Positions 17,764-28,555 of a stretch of DNA of 64,000 bases are shown here, in pieces; within the stretch, counting starts at the first letter, position 1, and the number at the start of each line of letters is the position of its first letter. Location of the stretch: the IMG/VR virus record IMGVR_UViG_3300029374_000001, positions 128,001 to 192,000 of that record; one strand, 5' to 3'. Below the pieces are notes generated by a model. That model was given only the letters and a program-made list of their open reading frames with translations, searched no databases and was not told the origin of the DNA. This DNA comes from a virus. The translations under genes and the position numbers were made by a program.

Positions 17764-19119
17764 TTATCTATTAACCATCAGGTTAATAAGTTTCTTATAT
17801 TGACTCTTATCTTCTCTTTCCAAAGAAGTATAGGATAATACTTCAAAGTTTGTTGAATTGTCATCAAACAACATCTTTACTTTTTCTGTAACATCGTCCG
17901 CAATGATGAATCCCAAGCAGCTGTATTCACTCATAACATTCAGCATGTTATAAGGTCTGCATCTGAAGTTATAATCTTTTTCCAACAGATTTTCTGTATC
18001 AGAAGAAATAAGAAGTGTGGCAATAGCTGTACCAGAACCATTAGCAGAATCAAAGAACCGATTCTTTTTATTAACAATAGCTCTACGTTCAAGCATCTTC
18101 CAAAGAGGAGTTGAAGAGTTTCTATTGCTGAATGTATCTAATTTTGCTCTATCTACAGCAAACATGAAATCTTTAATCATAGAGAGTTCACCAGTTGTAG
18201 CTCTTAACAGACTAAAGATAACGTTGTTATCTCCATTCTTCATGATGATACGATCTGCCATATCGGCCTGAGATACATAGACCAATTTAGCCTTTACACC
18301 AATAACTGCATCTCCAGCACTCTTTTCATCTTCTCCAGAACGGAAATGAATAATCAGAAGTGACGGAACTGCTTCATTAGATTTTTTAAGTTCTTGATTA
18401 AATTCCTGATCCTGGATTTTAGCACTACCAACATATTGAGCTTCTCTTCCAGATGAAGAAGAAGATCCTTTATTTTTCATTGATTTTTTTAAATCATCGA
18501 TTTTTTGCTGAGAAGATCTAAATCCAGTATGCATTGAATTTGGAGCCATAACTGGTCTATGAAAATCTATAAGATCTTGAGCTGTTGCTCTGCCTTTATA
18601 TACAAACTTTTCTTCTAATGCTGGTTCTAATTCAGAATCCAAATAAATTCCATTGTGCTTCATAGACTCGGTCAAAGCTTTATTGATTGCTTCGATATCA
18701 AGTTCAGCACTCATTCCATCGGCAGATTCTTTATAAGGTCTGCTATCCATTTTATTAATAAAAGAAAGAATGTCATCAGAGGTCAAGTTCTTATGAACTT
18801 TACCGATAAAATCAAAGGCATCCTTGTTATTGCTAATATTAATAGCAGAAAAAAGCATTTGCAGAAGCCCGACCATCTTTCTTTCTACAGCTTTGGCAAC
18901 CATAGATGCAGTTGAAAGAGGAACAGACTCATCTACAATAATTGGAAATGTAAGTACAAGATTAGAAGTCGCTTTAGTAATGCTGGAGAAATATCTGGAG
19001 TTCTTAGCAGTCAGAAAGTTTTTGCCAGCTATATTATCTAATCCACCATCGCCAATCAAGTCAACGATATCCTTAATTACACCTTCATGGATACCATTAG
19101 TATTCTTGAGTTGTATCAT
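17764..19119 (-). CDS. hypothetical protein (451 aa)
   Basis: ORF with RBS AGGAGGTTTTATA upstream of the ATG at 19119. Confidence 0.6.
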   Translation of the reverse strand: MIQLKNTNGIHEGVIKDIVDLIGDGGLDNIAGKNFLTAKNSRYFSSITKATSNLVLTFPIIVDESVPLSTASMVAKAVERKMVGLLQMLFSAINISNNKDAFDFIGKVHKNLTSDDILSFINKMDSRPYKESADGMSAELDIEAINKALTESMKHNGIYLDSELEPALEEKFVYKGRATAQDLIDFHRPVMAPNSMHTGFRSSQQKIDDLKKSMKNKGSSSSSGREAQYVGSAKIQDQEFNQELKKSNEAVPSLLIIHFRSGEDEKSAGDAVIGVKAKLVYVSQADMADRIIMKNGDNNVIFSLLRATTGELSMIKDFMFAVDRAKLDTFSNRNSSTPLWKMLERRAIVNKKNRFFDSANGSGTAIATLLISSDTENLLEKDYNFRCRPYNMLNVMSEYSCLGFIIADDVTEKVKMLFDDNSTNFEVLSYTSLEREDKSQYKKLINLMVNR

Positions 19120-19317
19120 TATAAAACCTCCTATGTATATTGATTTACTTAGATGTCAAAAACAAAAAATAAATACCCTCTAAAGATTACCGACAGTATT
19201 TAATCTAATGTAAATTCGATCAAATACCATAAATGCACTTAATAGATTACCTTAGTACACCGGTAATCTTTAGCTTTTATAAAATAATCTGATGAATCTC
19301 TAATAGATTATTTTATC

Positions 19318-19608
19318 TTATAAATCCTTCGAATTCTTAACAAATGTTATGGCATCGATGAGTTTACGATTTATTTTTACATCACCCTCAATAGCAGTGA
19401 CTTTCTGATCTAATTGATCTATTCGTTTATTCATATCATTTATAACTCCATAAGAATATTGAAATTCTTTGCTTGTATCGTCAACAATTGCTTGAACGAT
19501 ACCTAGTATATCGTTTGTCAATTCAGATGGATTTTGATTTGCTTTTTCTAACAATTTTTGTTCAATTTTTCCTTCCCAGTTATACACATAAGGAACTACG
19601 ACTTTCAT
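19318..19608 (-). CDS. small coiled-coil protein (96 aa)
   Basis: ORF with an upstream RBS. Heptad-like sequence. Confidence 0.5.
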   Translation of the reverse strand: MKVVVPYVYNWEGKIEQKLLEKANQNPSELTNDILGIVQAIVDDTSKEFQYSYGVINDMNKRIDQLDQKVTAIEGDVKINRKLIDAITFVKNSKDL

Positions 19609-19632
19609 ACTTAATAAACCTCCTTATTATAA

Positions 19633-19665
19633 CTTCAGATCTATAATATATAACTAATGATTCTT
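19633..19665 (-). promoter_or_regulatory. promoter-family copy (minus strand): TTATATATTATAGATCTGAAG
   Basis: Reverse complement of + strand 19641-19651 (TATAATATATA) carries the family core upstream of the minus gene 19318..19608. It lies in a divergent intergenic region. Confidence 0.4.
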
Positions 19666-19715
19666 TTAATACCACAGGCAAAACATTAAAGTAACATAGA
19701 GGAGGGTCGACATAT

Positions 19716-20948
19716 ATGCCAAACGAAAGACAAGGACAGATCGTCATGAAGCGAGAAAAGAACGCCGATGGACTAACATACAAAGATTCTGATAAAGTAG
19801 TTGAATCATCTAAAAATATTATCGATCCGTTTACGGAAAAACAAACCAATATCATTAATGGTGGAGAACATACTAGCGAATCTCAATTATTATTGAGATT
19901 GTTGCATTCCAATGGAATTTATAGAAGAGAAGATTTTGATGACTTTAATACTTTCTATATATTCCCAAGAAATGATCCCTATCGTATGATGGGCACCACC
20001 AGAGAATATGTCTTTATTACTAAACCAGACTTACATATCTTTGGAACCAGACAAAATCCAAATGATCCTGTTATTAATACAGACATGAATGAACTAAATC
20101 CTGAATTACGATCGATTGTATTTTTCAGAGACTTAATAGAACGAAATTATGGAGATACTGTATTATCTTCATTACAACATGGAGTAGGTCAAAATGGATC
20201 AAAATATATTTCTCCATTTGTTAATTTGCTATCAAATTATAAGACTTCAAACTTAGACCTGTCAAATATCTCTGTTGGGGATGAAGAATCTGCAACCAAT
20301 ATTTATAACACTCGTATGTTTTATAGAAAACCATCAGATAGTGCAGATGAAGATAATGAATTCAATATTGAATTCAAAGATAATCGCTTCTTAGATTGCT
20401 ATCTGTGGTTTAAAGCATATGACCTATATGAACAGATGAAATATCATGGACAAGTTACTCCAACCAATGTAGATTATACGTGGTATAAAGTATTATCTGA
20501 TCAAATGACAGTCTTTAAATTTATTGTAGGAGAAGATGGAGAATCTATTGTATACTGGGCTCAGTTGTGGGGCTGTTATCCTAAATCTGTCCCCAGATCA
20601 TCATTCTCTGATATGCCTACAGATGGTCAAATGAAATTTACTGTAGATTGGAAAGCAACATTCCAACAGGATATGGATCCTGTAAGCATTACCCATTTCA
20701 ATTATATTATAGATGCATCTATGTTGCCTGGTAAACAGTATGCAGAAATTCCGTTGTTTGATTACATGAATGGACGAGTAACAGGAGAATCTGCTTTATT
20801 TCCAAGAATTATAAAAACAACAGGTACTACAATGACGCACACACCATATCTGTTGAAATGGTTTGGAGATCCACAAGATATTATAGAATATCATGATACG
20901 AGTAAACCGAATCTGGAAGTAGAACCAGATCGTCGTATTGGTATTTAA
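19716..20948 (+). CDS. hypothetical protein (410 aa)
   Basis: ORF with RBS GAGGAGGG. First gene of a rightward operon. Confidence 0.65.
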   Translation: MPNERQGQIVMKREKNADGLTYKDSDKVVESSKNIIDPFTEKQTNIINGGEHTSESQLLLRLLHSNGIYRREDFDDFNTFYIFPRNDPYRMMGTTREYVFITKPDLHIFGTRQNPNDPVINTDMNELNPELRSIVFFRDLIERNYGDTVLSSLQHGVGQNGSKYISPFVNLLSNYKTSNLDLSNISVGDEESATNIYNTRMFYRKPSDSADEDNEFNIEFKDNRFLDCYLWFKAYDLYEQMKYHGQVTPTNVDYTWYKVLSDQMTVFKFIVGEDGESIVYWAQLWGCYPKSVPRSSFSDMPTDGQMKFTVDWKATFQQDMDPVSITHFNYIIDASMLPGKQYAEIPLFDYMNGRVTGESALFPRIIKTTGTTMTHTPYLLKWFGDPQDIIEYHDTSKPNLEVEPDRRIGI

Positions 20949-20960
20949 AGGAGGATATAC

Positions 20961-23855
20961 ATGTCAGAATCTCTGATTAATATAAATCCTGCAGATTTGC
21001 AAGATCCAAAAGATTCTATTATTATCAAAGAAGATACAGAGGGTACAGTATCTACTAATATCTATGAACTGGCTAAATTTGTAGATTCTTTGAAAGCAAA
21101 ATATATAGATATTCCGGAAGATACTCTGACAATGGGTATCTTTGGATATATTTCGGAATTAGGCTCTAATATTTTAGAGAATGCGGCTATTATGTCAGCA
21201 GAATATGCAAATGAAGCAATTCCGACCAGAGCAAAGTTTGATCGAAATATTATTTGCCATGCTTTGACATTAGGTATCAATAAGATTAGAGCTACACCAG
21301 CTAAGATGGATGTTTATCTGGGTATTCCAGAAGATAGACTCTTAGAAAATATGGTCAATGATGAGTTCATCATTGATAAGAATTTTGAGATTAAGATTGG
21401 TAATACAGAGAATAACGTTACGTATAATTATCGTCTAGATTATGATATTAAGATCAGACGTAATAAATTACCAAATGGTAAGTTTGTATACACTGCAACT
21501 CATTTAACAGATACGGAATATTCCACTGGAATGGTTGCTACTAATGAAATCTCCGATATAACCAATCCTTATTTACCGGCTATTGGAAATATCAGTATCA
21601 GCAATACCAATATATTACTAATTACTACAACAATCAGGCAATTAGATCATACTGTTATTTCTAAGAAGATTGTTACGACCAATCCATTAGAAAGTAAATC
21701 TATGACTTTTACTTTCAATGATCAGATTTCTTATTTTTATATAGAAGTTGCAGAGCAAACGGAATCTGGAGTTGTTACTCATTATTTGAAGTGCTTGTAT
21801 GATGGATTATATAATACAGAAGATGAATGGGAATATTGTAACTATCAGTATGTGGATGAATCTACCATTCGGGTTACATTCAATAGAGATTCTTATCAGC
21901 CAAGACAGAATGCAGATGTAAGTATTCATGTATACACAACTAAGGGAAGTGAATGTAACTTCGCTTATAAGCAGAATACTGTATTAGATATGGTATCTGA
22001 ACGATATGCATATAATAATATCTACATGGTTGTTATGCCTAACTCTAATTCAGACTATGGTGTAGACAGAAAAACAATGGATGAACTCCATGCTATGATT
22101 CCTAAGCAGATGCTGATGAGAAATAGTATTTCTACTTATACTGATCTGAATAACTTCTTCAACGTATTGAATACAGATACTATTCGACTTTACTTCTTGC
22201 AGAAAGTTCATAATCAATTACAGCGATTATTCTTCTGCTATATGCTGATGAAAGATGAGAATAAGAATATTATTCCTACGAATACAGCAGATGTAAAGAT
22301 TTCCAGAGATATGTTTAACAATATCAATAGAGAAAACTTTATATTACCTGCTGGATCTATTTTCTATTTGAATGGAAGTTCTTCAGAAGCCATTGGTCAA
22401 CATGTAACCAGCGAGATGAGTGATAATAGTACACTGGAAGCTAAAGAAAGTGCTGGATTCTTATATATGAATCCATTCTTAACAGTCATCAATAAAGATC
22501 CATTTGTTCTGAATTACTATCTGAATATTTTGGATTATTCTAAGATGGTTGGGTTTGATTATATCAATGATAAATCAGAACTACAGTTTATCTGTTCCAG
22601 TACATCGACAAATCCAGTGAAAGTTAAGAAACCATTCTATCCTTCTTCAGAAAGAGATACTTATTCTATAGAAGTATTATTGACACAGAATATCTCTACT
22701 GATTTTGGATTGGTTACTACGGATGAAAACGGTCATATTATTAAGAATGATATGAAAGTTATTGGCGTAGTTTATCAGAAAGATATCAATGGTCATTACA
22801 TTCCATTCAGATATATGAATGGTGTATTGGAAGATGGAGATTATGACAATATTAACTATAGTTATACCTATAGATTTAATCTTCATACCAATAACGTAAT
22901 CAATAGAGACATCAAACTCTGTATAGACAAAGGCTTATATTATGCCAATACAACAACGGAAGCCACTACATATCTTCCGAATAATATTAAGTTTAAGATC
23001 TTTGTTTTGGCTAAGTTTGATCAGCAATATGGAGATCTTCAAGCTAATAATGAGGACGAAGATGATATCTCTGCCATTGTTCCGGGATTATCATCTACGG
23101 CTTCTTCTGTTGGATATACGCTGTGTAATATCTATGAGGTTAGTACGGGCTTAGACTTATTCATAGATTATACTAATATGATGGAATCTTATGTAGACTT
23201 GTCCAAAGCCTCTAATGGTGATTTAGACTTCCATGTAAAACGTATGCCTTTGGTTAGACATGGTTATTTCTGGGATTATGGTAAGAAGTCTTCTACTAAT
23301 ACTGCAGAAAATAGGTCGCCTTCTGGCTTACAGGAAAGAGTATCTACGTTTATTAAAGTATTAAATTATAGAAGATTATATATTCAGTCGTCTCTTTTTT
23401 TATTAGAAGATTCGTTTGGTATAGACTTCAAGTTCTTTAATACTTATGGACCATCTAAATTGTATAATGTAAGGTATTTAAATACGGCAGAACCAATAGA
23501 TAGAATTAATATTAGTCTGAAATTTGAAGTTAAGTATCAGACGGCAGCGGATCAGAATTGTAAGAATGATATTATCAACTATATTAAAGAATATATGGAA
23601 AATATCAACTATATCTCCGATCTTCATATGCCTAACTTAATTACAGCTATTAAGAATAAATTCTATAAACAGATTGTCTATATTAAGTTTGTAGGATTGA
23701 ATAACTATGGCTATATGTATCAGAGTATATATAAGAATACAGAGAAAGATGATTATACATACTCAACCACTGTACCTGAGTTTATTTCTATCAATATTAC
23801 TAAAGATACACTTGGTAATGATATCCCAGATATTCAGATTGAAGCAGCTGATTAA
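20961..23855 (+). CDS. hypothetical large protein (964 aa), likely structural
   Basis: ORF with RBS AAAGGAGG, immediately after the previous gene. Confidence 0.65.
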   Translation: MSESLININPADLQDPKDSIIIKEDTEGTVSTNIYELAKFVDSLKAKYIDIPEDTLTMGIFGYISELGSNILENAAIMSAEYANEAIPTRAKFDRNIICHALTLGINKIRATPAKMDVYLGIPEDRLLENMVNDEFIIDKNFEIKIGNTENNVTYNYRLDYDIKIRRNKLPNGKFVYTATHLTDTEYSTGMVATNEISDITNPYLPAIGNISISNTNILLITTTIRQLDHTVISKKIVTTNPLESKSMTFTFNDQISYFYIEVAEQTESGVVTHYLKCLYDGLYNTEDEWEYCNYQYVDESTIRVTFNRDSYQPRQNADVSIHVYTTKGSECNFAYKQNTVLDMVSERYAYNNIYMVVMPNSNSDYGVDRKTMDELHAMIPKQMLMRNSISTYTDLNNFFNVLNTDTIRLYFLQKVHNQLQRLFFCYMLMKDENKNIIPTNTADVKISRDMFNNINRENFILPAGSIFYLNGSSSEAIGQHVTSEMSDNSTLEAKESAGFLYMNPFLTVINKDPFVLNYYLNILDYSKMVGFDYINDKSELQFICSSTSTNPVKVKKPFYPSSERDTYSIEVLLTQNISTDFGLVTTDENGHIIKNDMKVIGVVYQKDINGHYIPFRYMNGVLEDGDYDNINYSYTYRFNLHTNNVINRDIKLCIDKGLYYANTTTEATTYLPNNIKFKIFVLAKFDQQYGDLQANNEDEDDISAIVPGLSSTASSVGYTLCNIYEVSTGLDLFIDYTNMMESYVDLSKASNGDLDFHVKRMPLVRHGYFWDYGKKSSTNTAENRSPSGLQERVSTFIKVLNYRRLYIQSSLFLLEDSFGIDFKFFNTYGPSKLYNVRYLNTAEPIDRINISLKFEVKYQTAADQNCKNDIINYIKEYMENINYISDLHMPNLITAIKNKFYKQIVYIKFVGLNNYGYMYQSIYKNTEKDDYTYSTTVPEFISINITKDTLGNDIPDIQIEAAD

Positions 23856-23864
23856 ACAAAATAG

Positions 23865-23892
23865 TTCCATGGAGTCATATGACTCCATGGAA
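23865..23892. terminator. bidirectional terminator (TTCCATGGAGTCATATGACTCCATGGAA followed by TTTTTATT)
   Basis: Perfect palindrome followed by a T-run, between convergent genes 20961..23855 (+) and 23899..26448 (-). Confidence 0.65.
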
Positions 23893-23898
23893 TTTTTA

Positions 23899-26448
23899 TT
23901 ATTGATTACGATGGTTTTTTAATCGGGTATAAGAATCCTGGATAGATTGTGCAGAGTCAACAATTTCTCCAAGAGATTTATTGGATAATCCTAGTGGATT
24001 TGAATTATAAGCTTTCAGAATCTTGCTGGAATGATTCATCAATAATTTGATTTCGTTTTGATAAGAGAATTTCTTACCATTCTTAGATTCTTCAGATATC
24101 TTGGCCATATCTAAACGAGTAGAGATAGTAAAGACATCTCCCGAACGAATGAAATAATCGATCTTCTTTGTCAGTAAGAATGTACCATTATTTTGGGAAT
24201 GTGCATCATAATTATTGACTACATATCTCTTGTTAGGAGTTAGTATGGTAGTATCCATATCGGTTTTAGTAACGGATAACATATTGGCATGATTTTCAAT
24301 ATCTGCTTTTAAGTTCTTAACCATATTGGCGTTATCATTACTAAGCCTGACTATCTTAGTTCCTGTGCCTGCAACTTCTCCTTTATCATCTTTGGTCAAA
24401 TTTAGATCTACGTTGAAATTGGATAATCCAAGCATGCCAATCTTAGAAATATCTTTAACCATATTGATGTCTTTTTGGAGATCTTTAATAGAGTTAATAG
24501 AGAAGTCTAATGATTTAATATCATTTTGAATATTCTTAGCAGATTCTACAATCTTATCTAATGATTTCTTAGCCGTTTTACCAATATTAACTAAGCTATC
24601 CCAAGTTCCTGTAATGGTAGACTTGATGTCTGTTTTAAAGTTAGACATTGCTTTGATCTGAGGTTCTATATTAGCTACTAATGAAGAGACGGCTGTATTA
24701 GCAGATTTATAATCAGACAATGTTTTTGCTAGTGATTCTGCTGATTGATCAATACTGTTCTTAGAAGTTCTTGTACTGGCTATCCATCCTGGGAATGGAT
24801 TATCTTCTACTTGTTCTCCTTGTAATCCCATAGCCGTTAAATACTTAGAATAGAATCCAGAAGCTTTTTCCATAATAATAGCACTAGCTTCTGCATAATT
24901 AGATATTTCATAAGCATCATTTACTTTAGGAATCAGATTTTTGTTTACTTCATTACTATGAGAAGCTATACCTGATTTCAGATGAAGTACGTTATCAAAG
25001 ATGGAAGATAAGTTATCTGATAAATTAATTGGAGAAATAGAATTAATCATACTGGTGATAGATGTAGAACCATGCATGACTCCAATTAATTGAGAAGTTG
25101 TCTGCCCATATATTCCCGGAATCTTATCTACAACAGATTTATGTGATTTGATTTTGCCTTTATATTCTATAAGCTTAACGATCCATTCGTCACATTGTTT
25201 ATCGGATATTAGCTTTTCTCCAGGACCATTCTCAGAAGGAAGCGTTAATCCCTTCATATATCTGATTTTGTCTACAGCATAGTCTATATTCTGAGGTACA
25301 GTTGTTGCTGTAGGGACAAAATATGGATTCATAACTCCCGATGCTGCATTGTTTGTATCCACAAAATCTATACCAGCCGGATGATCGATTTGATATTTGA
25401 TAGCATTTACATTATCGATCAATTTTCCTTTATAGTCAGTCAAAGCACTGCTTATAGGTTTAACTTGTTGTGTGGCTTTCTTAACTATTCCGGTTAGTTT
25501 ATCTTTCGCACTATTAATTTCCTGAATAGCTTGGTTAACTGTATCTAAGAAACGTATTGTATTCTTAATTCCAGGATCGATTATAGATTGAATTTCATTG
25601 TACATTTTTTGTGTATCTGTATCTACAGTGTAATAGCTATCATTGACATGGATTCCTATATAATAACATCCTTTTTCAGAATCTTCTGTGATTCCTTCTT
25701 CTATAGATGGCCCTTCATCTACTGGAATGATATCAAATAATACTGTATCGTATAGATCTCCCTCTTTAGGAGTTCCTTCTCCAGAACTGTTCATCAAATA
25801 AACACATCCAGGATCAATATAGAATCTGTATGGTGTGTCATAGAATACTTTGATATCATTTAAGAATTGAATTGTTTTGGATAATGATTCTTGAGGGGGT
25901 ACAATAAGCTGATCAATATTATCATTATAAGTAAATGTATCAATCAGATATGGATATTGCTGTAAGTAATAAGCTACAGCATTCATTCTAGTTGTATTAA
26001 CCAATGTAGTATTGGCTGTTTGTTTATTGGTCTCTATACATTCGCTAAACATTAATCCTATCGTAAATGTCTGTAAGACTTCTTTCTTATTGGGTTCATC
26101 GGTATTTTTATAATCCAATTCTTTATTGTAGTTGATGTCTTGATCGATGAAGTAAGACATCTTACCAGTATATGAAGTTAATTGCTTTAATTTTACTCCT
26201 GTATCATTCTTCTCAGACATCTTATAGATATACATGAACATATGGGCAGTCTTAGCATGTTTAATTACTTTATCCATATAATTCTTATCTATAGTGATAT
26301 CCGCATAGATAACAGGCATATTGGTTTCTTCATAATCATTGATGATGGTCATGTTATTAATATGAGCGTCATCTATTTCGAAGCTATCGTTTGTTCCATT
26401 ATCATCGCTGTCCATCCATTTCATATTAATAGAGTATTCACATCTCAT
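23899..26448 (-). CDS. hypothetical large protein (849 aa)
   Basis: Long minus-strand ORF. Confidence 0.65.
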   Translation of the reverse strand: MRCEYSINMKWMDSDDNGTNDSFEIDDAHINNMTIINDYEETNMPVIYADITIDKNYMDKVIKHAKTAHMFMYIYKMSEKNDTGVKLKQLTSYTGKMSYFIDQDINYNKELDYKNTDEPNKKEVLQTFTIGLMFSECIETNKQTANTTLVNTTRMNAVAYYLQQYPYLIDTFTYNDNIDQLIVPPQESLSKTIQFLNDIKVFYDTPYRFYIDPGCVYLMNSSGEGTPKEGDLYDTVLFDIIPVDEGPSIEEGITEDSEKGCYYIGIHVNDSYYTVDTDTQKMYNEIQSIIDPGIKNTIRFLDTVNQAIQEINSAKDKLTGIVKKATQQVKPISSALTDYKGKLIDNVNAIKYQIDHPAGIDFVDTNNAASGVMNPYFVPTATTVPQNIDYAVDKIRYMKGLTLPSENGPGEKLISDKQCDEWIVKLIEYKGKIKSHKSVVDKIPGIYGQTTSQLIGVMHGSTSITSMINSISPINLSDNLSSIFDNVLHLKSGIASHSNEVNKNLIPKVNDAYEISNYAEASAIIMEKASGFYSKYLTAMGLQGEQVEDNPFPGWIASTRTSKNSIDQSAESLAKTLSDYKSANTAVSSLVANIEPQIKAMSNFKTDIKSTITGTWDSLVNIGKTAKKSLDKIVESAKNIQNDIKSLDFSINSIKDLQKDINMVKDISKIGMLGLSNFNVDLNLTKDDKGEVAGTGTKIVRLSNDNANMVKNLKADIENHANMLSVTKTDMDTTILTPNKRYVVNNYDAHSQNNGTFLLTKKIDYFIRSGDVFTISTRLDMAKISEESKNGKKFSYQNEIKLLMNHSSKILKAYNSNPLGLSNKSLGEIVDSAQSIQDSYTRLKNHRNQ

Positions 26449-26478
26449 ATGATTATCTCACCTTCTTATACAAAAAAT

Positions 26479-26498
26479 AAATCGTGCATATGCACGAT
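26479..26498 (-). terminator. hairpin terminator (AATCGTGCATATGCACGATT) with a downstream T-run on the minus strand
   Basis: Palindrome with an ATAT core downstream of minus gene 26499... On the minus strand it is followed by TTATTTTTTG. Confidence 0.55.
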
Positions 26499-27560
26499 TT
26501 ATAATTCTTCCAAGTTTAATGGAGACTTGGCAAAGTATCGATTATTGATTTCTTGAATAGACTCTTTATCGTTGAGCTGTTCTAAGAACTTACGTTCTTT
26601 AGATTCTGGTAATGTTTTATAGAGTTTGTACTGATATCCTAAGTCGATTGCTTTATAACGATTCAGAATCATTTCTTTTGTGATATATTTCTTAGATTTT
26701 TTATGTGTACAAATCTCATACCATACATCAGGATCATGTTCACATCCCAAAGGGATCTGATCAGCCATCTTTAGAACAGTCTTAATTGCGTATAAGCTCG
26801 TAATAGAACGTCTCGGTATACCCCTAAGAGCCATAGTGAAAGAAATTGTCTGTTGATTGATTTTAATATCTGTCAGATTCAACTTAGTGATTTCATAACA
26901 ATATGCTTCTACACAATTATGGATATTATATGAGAACGTTTTATTCAAAGTGGCTGTCGGTCCTAAATCTTTTCTCAGAATAACCGCACTTCTGCTGAAT
27001 TGCGGTAACTGGTACATCATCTGAGAATTAGATATAATTAAATTTGGGTGTCGTCCTACATAATGATTCTGTATAAAATCATGAATCATTACGGAGGATT
27101 CTACAGATCCTTCTTTTAAGAATACATCTGGTATATAAGGAACTAATACTCTAACCAACTTCATATTATTTTGAATACGTTCCCACATAAAGGGATTGGC
27201 TTTCTTTCTATTCTTATAATATGCATTATATTCTGGTAAGAATTTAGTAGTGTTTTCAGAATCATTTGTTGTATAGATCAATACAATATTTGAGTACATT
27301 CCGTGTACGATTTTAAAATATCTTCTGATATGGGCAGCATAGTTAATAATAGATGCTGCTATAGAATATGGATCATTGATCTTTTTATATCGTAATCCAA
27401 TCATAAGAAACTGATATACATCTATAAATACGTTTATGGTTTGACTATAATTATCATTTGCATATTCATTTGAGATTATATTTCTGAGTTCATCGTATGT
27501 GATAAATTGCCCATATAGACTATGCTCTATAGGATAATTATCAAAAGATGTATAAATCAT
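26499..27560 (-). CDS. hypothetical protein (about 353 aa)
   Basis: ORF 26499..27653. The start was moved to the internal ATG at 27560 (MIYTSF...) because the longer version overlaps the upstream gene by 86 nt. Confidence 0.5.
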   Translation of the reverse strand: MIYTSFDNYPIEHSLYGQFITYDELRNIISNEYANDNYSQTINVFIDVYQFLMIGLRYKKINDPYSIAASIINYAAHIRRYFKIVHGMYSNIVLIYTTNDSENTTKFLPEYNAYYKNRKKANPFMWERIQNNMKLVRVLVPYIPDVFLKEGSVESSVMIHDFIQNHYVGRHPNLIISNSQMMYQLPQFSRSAVILRKDLGPTATLNKTFSYNIHNCVEAYCYEITKLNLTDIKINQQTISFTMALRGIPRRSITSLYAIKTVLKMADQIPLGCEHDPDVWYEICTHKKSKKYITKEMILNRYKAIDLGYQYKLYKTLPESKERKFLEQLNDKESIQEINNRYFAKSPLNLEEL

Positions 27561-27567
27561 GAGTTGA

Positions 27568-28041
27568 TCAACCCCAATGTTTCCAACGCTTATGACCTTT
27601 CCAATATAAAGTACATTGCTTGATAGCACTAAAGCAATCATCACAAATGCCACTAAACATTAGTTTGGCCGGTGAGTTTACCGATCTTCCACAAATGACA
27701 CAATTATGAGGAAGTTCTTCTGCTCGGTTCATTCTATCTATACAGGACTGGCAGAATGGTGCTCTCATTTCTTCTGGTTTTGCTGAAGTATCTCGTTTAC
27801 AAATGAGACACTTATAATACCAGAGTTCTACTCTTGGAGGTTTATGGTTATCCATGACACAGGTTTCAAAGATACAACGTCCTGCCGTATCTTTAAATTT
27901 ACATTCATATTCGTCGGCATGTCTGCACATTTCAAACTGTTCATAAGGCCCAGGCCCGGTATCACCCTTCATCTCATCATTGTTTGATGGATCAGACGAT
28001 TTAAATCCGGTTGACTTTAATACATCATCTGATAGAGCCAT
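27568..28041 (-). CDS. cysteine-rich zinc-finger-like protein (157 aa)
   Basis: Multiple CxxC pairs (CLICKRD...CQSC...CVICGRS...CDDC). Confidence 0.55.
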   Translation of the reverse strand: MALSDDVLKSTGFKSSDPSNNDEMKGDTGPGPYEQFEMCRHADEYECKFKDTAGRCIFETCVMDNHKPPRVELWYYKCLICKRDTSAKPEEMRAPFCQSCIDRMNRAEELPHNCVICGRSVNSPAKLMFSGICDDCFSAIKQCTLYWKGHKRWKHWG

Positions 28042-28062
28042 GCTATTCCTCCATTCTATATA

Positions 28063-28437
28063 TTAGGATAATATATCTTTAGGGTCGATATATTTATTAG
28101 AAGATTTTGCTTTGGATGGCTTACCTAAGCTCTCCAAGCTATCTTTAAAATCATTTCTGAGACTGATTGTTTCTAAGATATCCTTGGTATGTCCATAACC
28201 TTTTTGTAATAAGACGGTAAGTAAGTTATGGGGTCCTTCTTCTGTTAAGAATGTTACACCTTTGAGTGGAGTTTCTTTGGCAATATCAATAACCCATTTT
28301 CTGAGTTCCAATTTCTCTTTACCATTTTCACCCCAGGCCAATTTACGCAGTAAGATAACCGAGTTACCTTTTGAATCTACAACTTCATCAATATCTCCGA
28401 CTTTGTAAGAAAAACTTTTGTCCATTTTATTTTTCAT
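28063..28437 (-). CDS. hypothetical protein (124 aa)
   Basis: ORF with RBS AGGAGG. Confidence 0.55.
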   Translation of the reverse strand: MKNKMDKSFSYKVGDIDEVVDSKGNSVILLRKLAWGENGKEKLELRKWVIDIAKETPLKGVTFLTEEGPHNLLTVLLQKGYGHTKDILETISLRNDFKDSLESLGKPSKAKSSNKYIDPKDILS

Positions 28438-28488
28438 AATTTCGAATTCCTCCTTTGAATTATCATAGTGTCAAACTACGTAAAAAAT

Positions 28489-28516
28489 AAGAGAGGAGCA
28501 CTAAGCCCCTCTCTTA
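28489..28516 (-). terminator. hairpin terminator (AGAGAGGAGC..GCCCCTCTCT) with a minus-strand T-run
   Basis: GC-rich imperfect inverted repeat downstream of minus gene 28556..29299. Confidence 0.5.
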
Positions 28517-28555
28517 CCTTATTTTAGTCAATTCGAATTTACTAAAAGTCTTGGA

